Of a stretch of DNA of 64,000 nucleotides, positions 23,496 to 35,847 are shown piece after piece. The stretch spans positions 141,300,001 through 141,364,000 of the forward strand of contig NC_058368.1 of NCBI RefSeq assembly GCF_018350175.1, given 5' to 3'. The position numbers and the translations under genes were made by a program. The notes under the pieces were generated by a model that ran no database searches, was not told the DNA's origin, and saw only the letters and a list, made by a program, of their open reading frames with translations. How positions within the stretch are numbered: the first letter of the stretch is position 1; each line of letters opens with the position of its first letter. This DNA is from Felis catus. Lineage: Eukaryota.

Positions 23496-26400
23496 GAGAA
23501 GATGGCTGAGTAGCAGGAACCTTACCTTATCCCATGGATACAGCTAGATAAAATCCCCATCAGCATAAATAACTCAGAAAATAACATGAAGACTGGCAAA
23601 ACAAACTTCACAGCTAAATGTAGAGAAGAGGCCACAGAGCGGAGACTAGAAAGAATAGAAACATGTTTGGGAGCTAACAGACCCATGGGAGGGAGGGATG
23701 GCAGACTTGGAGAGAGGAGAGAAATAGAGCCTCATGCCAGGCACCCCAGGCACAGGGAATCCCCATAAGATTTGGCTTTGAAAGCGAGAGGGGGGAAATT
23801 TCATGAACTCTTACAATTAGCAGGCTTAACATCTGAACTTTAAAAATCAGTCGGCTCTGAGAGAGCTGGAAGGATGAGAGGAAACGGAATCTCTGCCCTT
23901 AGAGAAATAGCACAACAGACAAACCCCTCAGAAATACAGCATAGAAACGACATCTTGAATAATGCCTGGAGTATACTGGAGGGAGGATTGTTTCGTAACC
24001 TCAGAGAGTGTGCTGGAGGGGCAGGGATTGACCATTGGAAGACTTCTCCAGAAACAAAAGAGCTGGAAAGCCACCATTTTCCTCTCCCACCCCCACAGCC
24101 TAGATACATGGATACCTGCTGGAACCACCTTAGTGCTCACACTCAATACCTAACTTGTTAACAGTGCATCCCATGCTTGAGTTTTCTTGCAAACTCACCC
24201 TCTCCAGCCAGGCTCCGCCTCTAGGTCTCTTCACACAGCAGACCCACACAAACCCTGCTGACACAGTGTGACCCACCCTCATGCTTTCCTCTGGACCTGC
24301 TCCCTCCCAATAGACCCTTGGCCAGAGCACATCCAAAGCAGTGCCACAAGTATGGCATGTGCAAGCAGCCCCAGTAGGACCAGCACCCTCCAAAGTGACT
24401 CCTGCCCTGGGTAGAGGTGAAGATAACCACACCCACCCGTCCAAATACAGCCAGGCACATTGCTAGGGGCAGAGGTATGGTCTGACTGCAGGCCTTGCCT
24501 GCCAACAAAAGTTTCACAAGGGACAACACAGGGAAAGTGCCCTGAAATTCACTGATACTGCTTCTCTGGAAAATGCATGGACTGACCCAAACCCGAGGTG
24601 GTCCCAGACTGGCCTACTAACAACACAGGGACCAAACAACCCCTGACCACAACCGGAAAAGAGAGCCATTGCAGTCGACTGGGCCAAAGGAAAAAGCAGT
24701 TCAACCATAACAGCAGGGTGCACACAACAAATAGGAGACATTCCTCAAGTGCCAGGTTCTGGTGAACAGAGGACAGTGCACTGCAGGGCACTACAGGACC
24801 TCTTCTTCACAAGACTACTTCTTTCAAGAGCAGGAGTTGTAGGTGACTTCCATAACACACAGAAACAGAGTTAGACAAAATGAGAGACAGGGAAATATGT
24901 CCCAAATGAACGAACAGGATAAAATCACAGCACCAGAGTTAAGCAAAACAGAGAAAAGAAATATTACTGATAGGGAATTTACAGTAATGATCATAAAGAT
25001 ATTCACTGGACTTGAGACAAGAGTGGAAGATCTCAGTGAAACTCTTAACAAAAAGAAACCATAAAACTGCAGATGAGGAACTCAATAACTGGAATTCAAA
25101 ATACACAAGATGGAATAAATAGTAGACTAGAGGAAGCAGAAGAACCAGAGATTTGGAGAACAGAGTAATGGAAAGCAATCAAGCTGAATAGGAGAGAAAA
25201 ATAATAATTAAAAATGAAAATAAGACTTGGGGAAATATCAAGAATAATAACATTCACATTATAGGGATCCCAGAAAGAGAAGAGAGAGAAGGAAGCAGAA
25301 AATGATTCTGAAACAATAATAGCTGAAGACTCCCTGAAGTAGGGTCAGGGAACAGAAATCCAGGTTCAAGAGGCACAGAGAGCACCTAACAAAATCAACC
25401 CGAGGAGGTTGACACCAAGATGGATAGTAAATTGTAAATATTTATGCATCCAACATGGGAACACCCAAATAAAGCAGTTAATAACAAACCTAAAGGAACT
25501 AAACAATAGTAATACAATAATAGGGGACTGTAACATGCCACTTACATCAGTGGACAGATCATCCAAACAGAAAATCTACAAGGAAACAATGGCTTTGGAT
25601 GACACACTGGACCAGATTAATCTAGAGATGTATTCAGAACATTCCATCCAAAACTAGCAGAATACACATTCTTTTCAAGTGTAGATGGATCATCTCCAGA
25701 ATAGATCATAAATTAAGCCACGAAACAAATCTCTACAGATTCAAGAAGATCAGAGTCATACTATGCATCTTTTCCAACCACAACACCATGAAACTGGAAA
25801 TCAACCACATGAAAAAAGCTGGAAAGAACACAAATACAGAAGGTTAAATAACATGCTACTAAACAATGAATAGGTCCATTAAGAAATTGAAGAGTAAGTT
25901 AAAAAATGCATGGAGGCAAATGAAATTGAAAACACAATAGTCCAAAATCTTTAGGGTACACCAAAAGCAGTTTTAAGAAGGAAGTTATAGCAATACAGGC
26001 CTACCTCAACAAACAAACAAAAATCTCAAACAGCCTAACCTTACACCTGAAGAGCTAGAAAAAAGAACAAATCAAACCCAAAACCAGTAGAAGGAAGCAA
26101 ATAATAGAGCAGAAATAAATGAAATGAAAACAAAACAAAAACAATGATACTGGGAGATGGCTCTTTGAGTAGATCAACAAAATTGGCAAACCTCTAGGCA
26201 GACTCATAAAATTAAAAAGAAAGAAAGAATCAGAAGTGAAAGAGGAGAAATAACAACCAACACAAGAGAAATACAATAGGAATAGACTCAAAATTATATG
26301 CTGCCAAACTGGACAGCCTAGAAGAAATGAATTTCTAGAAACACAGAACCTTCCAAAACCAAATCAGAAGGACATAGAAAATTTGAACAGGCCAGTTACC

Positions 26401-29400
26401 AGCAAGGAAATTGAATCAGTAATCAAAAACTCCCACCAAGTGTCCAAGACCAGACAGCCTCACAGTTGAATCCTACCAAACATTTAAAGAAGAATTAATA
26501 CCTTTTCTTCTCAAACTATTCCAGAAAAATCAAAGAGGAAGGAAAACTTCCAGATTCATTCTATGAGGTCAGCATTACCCCGATATCAAAATCATATACA
26601 TACAACACAAAGAAATAAAAGGCATCCAAATTGGCCAGGAGGAGGTCAAACTTTCACTCTTGGCAGATGACATGATACTCTATATGGAAAGCCCAAAAGA
26701 TTCCACCAAAAAACTGCTAGAATTGATTCATGAATTCAGCAAAGTTGCAGGATATAAAATCATTGCACAGAAATCGGTTGCATTCTTATACACATACAGT
26801 GAAGTGACAGATAAATCAAGGAATCTATCCCACTTACAGTCGCACAAAAAAAACATAAAATACCTAAGAATAAATCTAACCAAAGAGGTGAAAAACGTAT
26901 GCACTGAAAACTATAGAAAGCTTATGAAAAAAAATGAAGACGATACAAAAAAATGGAAAAAGATTCCATGCTCCTGGATAGGAAGAACAAATATTGTTAA
27001 AATGTCAATACTACCCAAAGCAATCTACATATTCAATGCAATGCCTATCAAAATAACACCAGCATTCTTCACAGAGCTAGAACAAACAATCCTAAAATTG
27101 GTATGGAACCAGAAAAAAACCCAAATAGCCAAAGCAATCTTGAAAAAGAAAAAGCAGGAGGCGTCACAATCCCAGACTTCAAACTATACTACAAAGCTGT
27201 AATCATCAAGACAGTATGATATTGGTACAAAAACAGACACTCAGATCCATGGAACAGAATAGAGAACCCAGAAATAGACCCACAAACGTGTGGCCAACTC
27301 ACCTTTGACAAAGCAGGAAAGAATATCCAATAGAATAAAGATGGTCTCTTCAGCAAGTGGTGCTCGGAAAACTGGACAGGGACATGCAAAAGAATGAACC
27401 TGGACCACTTTCTTACACCAAACACAAAAGTAAACTCAAAATGGATGAAAGACCCCAACGTAAGACAGGAAGCCATCAAAATCCTCGAGGAGAAAACAGG
27501 CAAAAACCTCTCTGATCTTGGCCACAGCAACTTCTTATTCAACATGTCTCTGGAGGCAACAGAAACAAAAGCAAAAATGATCTATTGGGACCTCATCAAA
27601 ATAAAAAGCTTCTGCACAGTGAAGGAAACAATTAGCAAAAGTAAAAGGCAACTGACAGAATGGGAGAAGATATTTGCAAACGACGTATCAGATAAAGGGT
27701 TAGTATCCAAAATCTATAAAGAACTTATCAAACTCAACACCCAAAAAACAAATAATCCAGTGAAGAAATGGGCAAAAGACATGAATAGACACTTCTCCAA
27801 AGAAGACATCCAGATGGCCAACCGACACATGAAAAAATGCTCAACATCACTCATCATCAGGGAAATACAACCAACTGAGGGTTACTGGAGGGGCTGTGGG
27901 AGGGGGGATGGGCTAAATGGGTAAGAGACACTAAGGAATCTACTCCTGAAATCATTGTTGCACTATATGCTAATTTGGATGTAAATTTTAAATAATATTT
28001 TAAAAAATCATATACAGGCACTACAAAAAAAGGGAACTACAGGCCTATGTGTCTAATGAACTTAAATGCAAAAATCCACAACAAATTGTTAATAAACTGA
28101 ATCTAACAATACATTAAAAAAACCATTGACCACAATCATGTGAGACTTATTACTGGGATACAAGGCAGGTTCAGAATTTGCAAGTCAGTCAATGTGATAC
28201 ATCAAGAAGAGAAAGGATAAAAATCATATCGTTTTGATACATGTAGAAAACACATTTGACAAAGCATAAACTCCATTTATGCTAACCCTCCACAAAGTTT
28301 AGAGGGAACATAACGTAATAAAGCCCATATAAAAACCCCACAGGTAACATACTCAATGCAAAAAAATTAAGAGTTTTTCCTCTAAAATCAGGAATGAGAC
28401 AAGGATGTCCACTCTCATCACTTTGATTCAACACAGTACTGGAAGTACTAGCCACAGCAATAAAACAAGAAAAAGGAATAAAATGTATCCAAATTGGTAA
28501 GGAAGAATAAAACTTCTACTTTTTGCAGATGGCATGATACTATATATAAAAAATCCCAAAGACTCCACCCCAAAACTACTAGAACTGATAAATGAATTCT
28601 TTAAAATCACAAGATACAAAATCAATGTACATAAATCTTTTGCATTTGTCTACACTACTAATGTAGTAGCAGAAAGAGAAATTAGGAAAACAATTCCATT
28701 TACAATTGCACCAAAAATACAAAGTACCTAGAATGAACTTAACCAAGGAGGCGAAAGATTTGTACTATGAAACTGAAACACTGATGAAAGAAATTAAAGA
28801 TGACACAAATGAATGGAAAGATACTCCATGCTCATGGATTGGGAGAACAAATACTGTTAAAATGTCTATACTACCCAAAGTAATATACAGATTTAATACA
28901 CTCCCTGTCACAATACCAGCCACATTTTTCACAGAACTAGACTAAATTATCCTAAAGTTTGTATGGAACTACAAAAGACCCCGAATGGCCAAAGCAGTCT
29001 TGAAAAAGAAGAAAGTAGAAATATCACAATCCCAGATTTCAGGATATAATACAAAGCTGTAGTAATCAAGACAGTATAGTAATGGCACAAAATAGATACA
29101 TAGATCAGTGGTAGAGAATAGAGCCCAGGAATAAACCCACAATTATATGGCCCGTTAATCTTTGACAAAGGAGGGAAGAATATGCAATGGGGAAACATAA
29201 TCTCTTCAATGAATAGTGTTGAGGGAACTGGAAAGCTGCCTGCAAAAGAATGAAACTGGACCACTTTCTTACACCATTCACACAAATAAATTCAAAATGG
29301 ATTAAACACCTAAATGTGAGGCATGAAACCATAAAAATCCTGGAAGAGAGCAGAGGCAGTAATTTCTCTGACATTGGCTGTAGCAGCATTTTTCTAGATA

Positions 29401-30025
29401 TCTCTCCTGAGACAAGGGAAACAAAAATAAACTATTGGGACTACACCAACATAAAAAGCTTTCACAAAGTAAAAAATACTCAAGAAAACTAAAAAACAAG
29501 TGAATGGGGAAATATATTTGCAAATACACATAGCCAATAAAGGGTTGTATCCAAAATATATAAAGAACTTACACAACTCAACAACAAAAACAATCAGATT
29601 GAAAATAGGCAGAAGACATGAAGACATTTTTCCAAAGAACACATACAGAGGGCCAAAATACACATGAAAAGATACTCAACAGTTCTCATCATCAGGGAAA
29701 AGCAGAACAAAACCACAATGAGATATCACTTGCCACCTGTCAGAATGGGTAAAATCAAAAATACAAGAAATAACAAGCGTTGGTGAGGTGGAGAAAAAAG
29801 AAGCCTTGTGCACTGTCAGTGGGAATGCAGATTGATAGAGCCATTGTGGACGACAGTATGGAGGTTCCTCAAAGAATTACCATAAGATCCAGTAATTCCA
29901 CTACTGGGTATTTACCCATAGGGGAAAAAGACCCATTAATTTGAAAAGAGTAGCCAAATTATGGAAGCAGCCCAAGTGTTTATGATATATGAATGGATAA
30001 AGAAGATGTGATCTATAAATATATA
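23496..30025 (+). mobile_element. Near full-length degraded carnivore LINE-1 (5'UTR, ORF1, ORF2), sense to PDE8B, containing a nested L1
   Basis: Starts ggagaagatggctgagtag; ORF1 remnant (NMSQMNEQDK...DREFTVMIIKI); ORF2 remnants to ~29700; no 3'UTR or poly(A) seen. Confidence 0.9.
26601..28003 (+). mobile_element. Younger felid LINE-1 (5'-truncated) nested in the older L1
   Basis: Long ORF2 frames (26660-27202 containing ADDMILY, 27394-27924); perfect 13-bp TSD aaaatcatataca at 26588-26600 and 28004-28016. Confidence 0.92.
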
Positions 30026-30389
30026 TCCTTATCCAGTCCCATGGCCAGAAGCTGGGAACTGAAAGTTAGGAACGGTCAAAGTTGGGCTTTGGTGATTTAT
30101 AGTAAAGTGAGTAGGGTATATTAGGCTGTTGAGATGGGGCCTCAGGATCCCAATTAACCTTCTCTGAAATTTCCCTTATGGAACTAATACTCCTAAAGCC
30201 TTTCTTCCATCATAGTTCCAGACCAAACCACACTTTCTAGACTTGGTCAAGTAGTGGCTGACCTCTCAACCTTTTAGGATTAAAAGATGCGTGAATCCTT
30301 TGCTTTGTGGAGGGCCCTGGGGATGCAGTCCGGTGAGAATCAGGTCCCCAGTCTGTGAAGGGCTCCTTTGCTATATTTAGCCAAGCTGA

Positions 30390-30578
<189 letters not shown>

Positions 30579-30589
30579 TGATAAATGAC

Positions 30590-31800
30590 TTGTCACTGAT
30601 AACACAGAGTTTACAGTCTGGTAGAGGAAGCAGATATTAAATAAACACGTAATTAATTTGTAGTTCTAAATTACACTGACTGTTAGTCAGGAAAACAATA
30701 GTGTTCTAAGAGAAAATCAGATTACGGCTCTATTTACCTTAGGTGAGGTGATCAGGCAGAGTCTCTCTCTAGAGGAAATGATGCTTGAAGTGAGAACTGA
30801 AGCATGCAAGGCTGTTAGAAGACGAGGTGGGAGAAGAGAATTCTAGGCAGTAGGCACAGCAAGAGATGAAGCATAGAGGTGAGAGAAGGAGGATTGGAGT
30901 ATTTGAAGACTTGAAAGAAAGTTCGGGTGGCTAGAGCTTGGAGGGCAGAGGGGAGAAGATGGTGACATGGAGCTGTAAGGAGGGGTTCTATTTTATAGTT
31001 TCTGTGCAGTGGAAGCCACTGAAGAGTTTCAAGTCGGGGAATGACATGATCCAGTATGTTTATTAAAAGGAACACCCAGCTGCCATGCAGAGAATGGACT
31101 AGAGATGGCAAGAATGAAAGAGAAGAGGCCAGTTAGGGGGCTTTTCCAGAATTCCAGGCAAGAAATGGTGGTAACTGTACTACAGTCATAGCAGTGGAGT
31201 TAGAAATGAATAGATCAAGAAATATTCAGGGATAGAATCAATTTGGACGATGCATAGCATTATCAGGGTGATAGAGAAAGCTGTTTGTCAGCTGGGGCCA
31301 CCCAGGTTCTGAGTTTGAGGCAGATAGAAGTTTTGTTTTGTTGTTGTTTGGTTTTTGTTTGTTTGTTTTTCACTCTAGAACCACTCTAAAAACCAGAGAA
31401 GGAGCTCTTGTCTCACTTTTTTGGCCCACTTTTTTCCTTGCTTTGGGGAGAAGGGAGCAATATCCTGAATTTAGTTTGGGACATGTGAGCAAGATATTCC
31501 AATAGATGGGTCACATGGGTAATTGAATTATACAAACTTGAAGGTCAAAAATGAGTTCCGGCAGGGATATAAATTTGAGAGCCCTTGGCATTGTAGGTCA
31601 TATGTGTCCAAAGTCATGGGAATAGCTGGGTTCTGGAAGGACTGTGGAGTGAAAGGCCCCGTACCCATCTCTGAGGAGCTCCAACCTGCAGGAGACAGCT
31701 AGAGAAGGATCAGCAAAGGAGCTGAAGGAAATGTGGTCTCTGAGGTGGGAGAACAACCCGGAGAGGTTGGGAGGAAAGGCATGTTGCAGTAAGAATGGAG
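30590..31800 (-). mobile_element. L2 fragments
   Basis: gagtttacagtctggtagaggaagcagat, ggaagccactgaagagtttcaag..gaatgacatgatc, ttagtttgggacatgt. Confidence 0.7.
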
Positions 31801-31938
31801 TGGTTCCGTGGAATCCCTGCTCATTTTCAACAATAAAATGTGTCACTCTCTGATTTCTTTTGGGTTGCAAGCATGTGTTTGACTTTTGGGAACTAGAATT
31901 CTTATATTCTCAAATTTATTCTTTCTCTATTTCCTTAG

Positions 31939-32103
31939 GTTATAAATATAATCAATGCAGCCCAAGAAAACAGCCCCGTGACAGTAGCAGAAGCCTTGGA
32001 TAGAGTTTTGGAAATTTTACGGACCACGGAACTGTATTCCCCTCAGCTCGGAACCAAAGATGAAGATCCTCACACCAGTGATCTCGTTGGAGGCCTGATG
32101 ACC
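31939..32103 (+). CDS. PDE8B: PDE8B coding exon (VINIINAAQENSPVTVAEALDRVLEILRTTELYSPQLGTKDEDPHTSDLVGGLMT), 165 nt, phase 0-0
   Basis: ccttag|GTT...ATG ACC|gtgagt. Confidence 0.97.
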
Positions 32104-34152
32104 GTGAGTGATGAGGGAAAACCGGAAATGCAGGGAGACAACATTAAATGCCCTTGAGAGCACATATAACATGTAACACTTAAACTTGCATATAGTTGCA
32201 GAAACATCTGCTGTGGGGGCTAACATCAGTGTAATCAGAAGCATCCGTGTCAAAATTTCTGGATTATATGTGTGGTATAATTCAAATATTTCTTGAATTT
32301 ACCTTTCCATGAAGCTAACTGATTATAGCAATGGGAGACAGTCCTTCGGAATCCTCATTACAATAAGGAGTAAAGAAGCAGTTGATTGAAGGCTAAATAT
32401 GCACCACGGGACCCTTGTTTACCTCTCTCCCTTGACCTGGTGCAGTATTGGATTGAGGGTTATGGGTAGGTTTCCTTGGACTACAGGCTTTTTATGTAAT
32501 GAAAAGGTTTGTGCTTAGATTATAGCACTAGTGCCCAAAATCTCAGCTCTAGAATCCTCTCTTTAAATAAAAAGTTACATAGAAGTTCCCTTTATAATCC
32601 AATAAAAGCAGAGCAGAGCTGTTCTGGCTCCATAGGGGAGGGAGAAGGAAGCACCCCCTCCCAGCACACCAATACCACCACCATTTGTCACCACCAAGAG
32701 TAGCTGATTTCTAAGGACTCGTGTGTTCTAGTGTTTGGCTGTAATCTATTTGGCTATAATCACCATCTATCAGCAAGTGAAGAAAAAGAAGAAGATTCAA
32801 ATTACTCATTTGTAGTTCTTATCAGAGGGTGAGGCTCGAAGAATTCTTGGGGTGAAACAGACTCCAGGAGCATCTGAGAGTTTGACTTTGAAGGTTTGTG
32901 TCTAGCCCTGTCACCAAATGCTGAGCGTTGACTGGCTTTCTAGTCCATTCTCCCTGTTCTTGCAAAAGGTCTTCGATGAGCCTGTAATTTGAGTGACTTC
33001 CTGTTCCTTTCCTTTCCCTGGGCTGGCCTTGGTCATCCCATCCCAGTGCAGCACAGGCTTCAGCTCTGGAGAACGCTGGCAAGGGTCAGTCATGAGGGCA
33101 GCCACAGCACCGCATCAGGAGGACTTCAGTTTCTGGAACCAAGTCATCTGCCTCTTCCCCCTGTGGCCACACCATCTTGTGGTTCCTCTCCGGGTCCTGC
33201 TGTGAGGAACTAGTGCAGGATTCCACTTACTTTTATTTAGTTTTAGAGAAGAGGAAAAAGAAAGGCAAAGAAGAAGCAGGGGAGTGCCCTGTGATACCTA
33301 CCTTAGAGGCAGGATGGTTGTAGCCATTGTCACCTACCTATTTATAGAGTTTTAAAAGTTCAGCTCTTGGCCTAAAGGTCCCAAGGTGTGACTTCAGGGG
33401 AGCCCTTCATTAATACTTTAAACCTTAGCACACACTTTCTAGGGAGACAAATAAGCAATTATAAATGATTTCTAAGCCAAGATCTAAATAATTAGGTACT
33501 CAAGGGTAGAAAGTGGAGGGAAGGGGAACTGACATGCAAGAACATCACCAGCCTAGTAAATGGCAGATCATTAGGACTCTTTCCACTCCCTTAGGTTGCC
33601 CTTCCAAAGATCTCAAATCCAGAAAGTTTTCTTTTAAAGGCCAACTGCAATGTTCACGTTGCAAAGCAGAAAACACAGTTGGAAAAAAAATTTAGATACT
33701 AATCAAAAATTAGCCCAGCCTTTTTAAAGCTTTACATTAAATCATCCCCAAAATGTGGCCCATGGCTTTGGGTCCCCAGTATGTAAATCTGAGAACACAA
33801 GAACAACATAGTACCTAGAAGGGTAAGTGGGGTCTCTTCAAAATAACCTGCATCCAAAAGCAAGATCCCTTCCGTGAGTTCACTAATGTGGCTTCAGGAA
33901 GCCAGAAGACAAGGATGGTGTGAGAAAGGCAACGAAGGCAGCTCAGAGGTCAGGTGTGAAACCTGAATGAAGTCCTATCCATTTTACTCTCAATTCTCCA
34001 TCTCCTGGGGCTAAAAGCTATGGAAGGGGGAGTGTCCTCTGTCTTCTGGATACTGTTCATTTTGAGCCTCATCTTTGGCTAATGGAAGAAATGAGAGAAT
34101 AATGATAACCGCGTGCAAAGTATGCTTCTAATAGTAGCTTTCTTTATTCCAG

Positions 34153-34198
34153 GATGGCTTGAGAAGGTTGTCAGGAAACGAGTATGTGTTCACTAAGA
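34153..34198 (+). CDS. PDE8B: PDE8B coding exon (DGLRRLSGNEYVFTK), 46 nt, phase 0-1
   Basis: ttccag|GAT...AAG A|gtaagt. Confidence 0.95.
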
Positions 34199-34587
34199 GT
34201 AAGTTGTCATCTGTCCACTTGTTACTGATAACCTGTCTCCAGCCTGTGCCTTCTCCAGTGTTGTGATTTTTGTTTGGGGAGGGCCTTGGTGTGGCTTGCT
34301 GTTGGTCTCATTGGAGTTAACCATCTCTGTAGTCTGCACTTGAAACCAGGTCTCCTAATTAAAATTACTTCTGTGAGCACTGTCAGAATAGGAATTGCAA
34401 CTCTGTGTACATTCAAACAGACAGCTAAATGGAATTACTTTTTTTGTTTTTATTTTTTGTTGGGGGAAGTTTCAAGAGAAGAACCCTAAAGTGAAAATCT
34501 TAACCCTTGGAAGTTCAAGACTTCTTTCTAGTAGCAACCATGAAGATGCTAACAAATGTTTGGGGGCACTTAAGATTCCACAATTAA

Positions 34588-34917
<330 letters not shown>

Positions 34918-35648
34918 TGAGTGAGCTCCTTTATGGAGACAGAGTGGGTAAGATGTGGGATTAGCCTGGTGATGACCCAGGATGAGGACATACTGAGTGT
35001 CCTTTTCACATTTATCCAGGTCGTTCCTTTGTGCTAGTGAGCCGAGAGTTCCAAATACTATTGGCCCCAAACTTGTTGAAGCTAGACTTTACAAACTAAA
35101 TTTGAAAGCCCTACGGACTTGGCTTTTGTTCCATCCTGTAGGCAGGGAGAAGATGAAATAAGTCAGAAAGCCCTCTTCTATAGTAGGAGACACCTCTTTC
35201 TTGCAGGGATGCTGGTCTATAGCATGTGAATGATTCTCACCTGTAAATCTAAGTAATATGATTATAAATGATAGGACTCTACTGACACCACTGTCCCTAG
35301 GCTCAGTAATTTTGTGAGGTGACACAGGAAATACAGAGGTTATATGGAAGTAGAGATGGAAAGGGACTATCAGGAATCTTTTTTGGTTGCTAGAGTCACT
35401 GAAGGCCGTCTGAGTTTAAGATAATCGAGAAATCATTTGGATTGACCACCATGAGGCACCTAGTTGTAAAGAAGTGACTGATGAGGAGATGCTCTATCTC
35501 CTAATTTGGGGAGGGAATGTTTTTTAAGCTCTTGTTCATGCAGAGTAAACGTCACAAGAAAAATGCCTCTATTCCCAAGTGTCATCAAAGGAAGCAGTTT
35601 CTAGACCAGTGCACACAATGAATCAGGGTCTGTTTTCCTGTTTTCCAG

Positions 35649-35847
35649 GCCATTGGTTTACCTGGGCTTAAAGGTATTTTCCCGGTTTGGAGTCTGTGAA
35701 TTTTTACACTGTTCTGAAACTACTCTTCGGGCCTGGCTCCAAGTGATTGAGGCCAACTACCACTCTTCCAATGCTTATCATAACTCCACCCATGCCGCCG
35801 ATGTCCTGCACGCCACTGCCTTCTTCCTCGGAAAGGAAAGAGTAAAG
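35649..35847 (+). CDS. PDE8B: PDE8B catalytic-domain exon (PLVYLGLK...[24 protein letters not shown]), 199 nt, phase 2-0
   Basis: ttccag|G CCA...GTA AAG|gtagca; class I PDE YHNxxHAxDV motif. Confidence 0.98.

Noticed and set aside
26660..27924. Longest ORFs in the track (180 and 176 aa)
   Set aside because: LINE-1 ORF2 fragments broken by frameshifts and stops; not host genes or an active element.
33338..33347. Perfect MEF2-type site CTATTTATAG
   Set aside because: A single AT-rich 10-mer without supporting evidence; plausible by chance in 64 kb.
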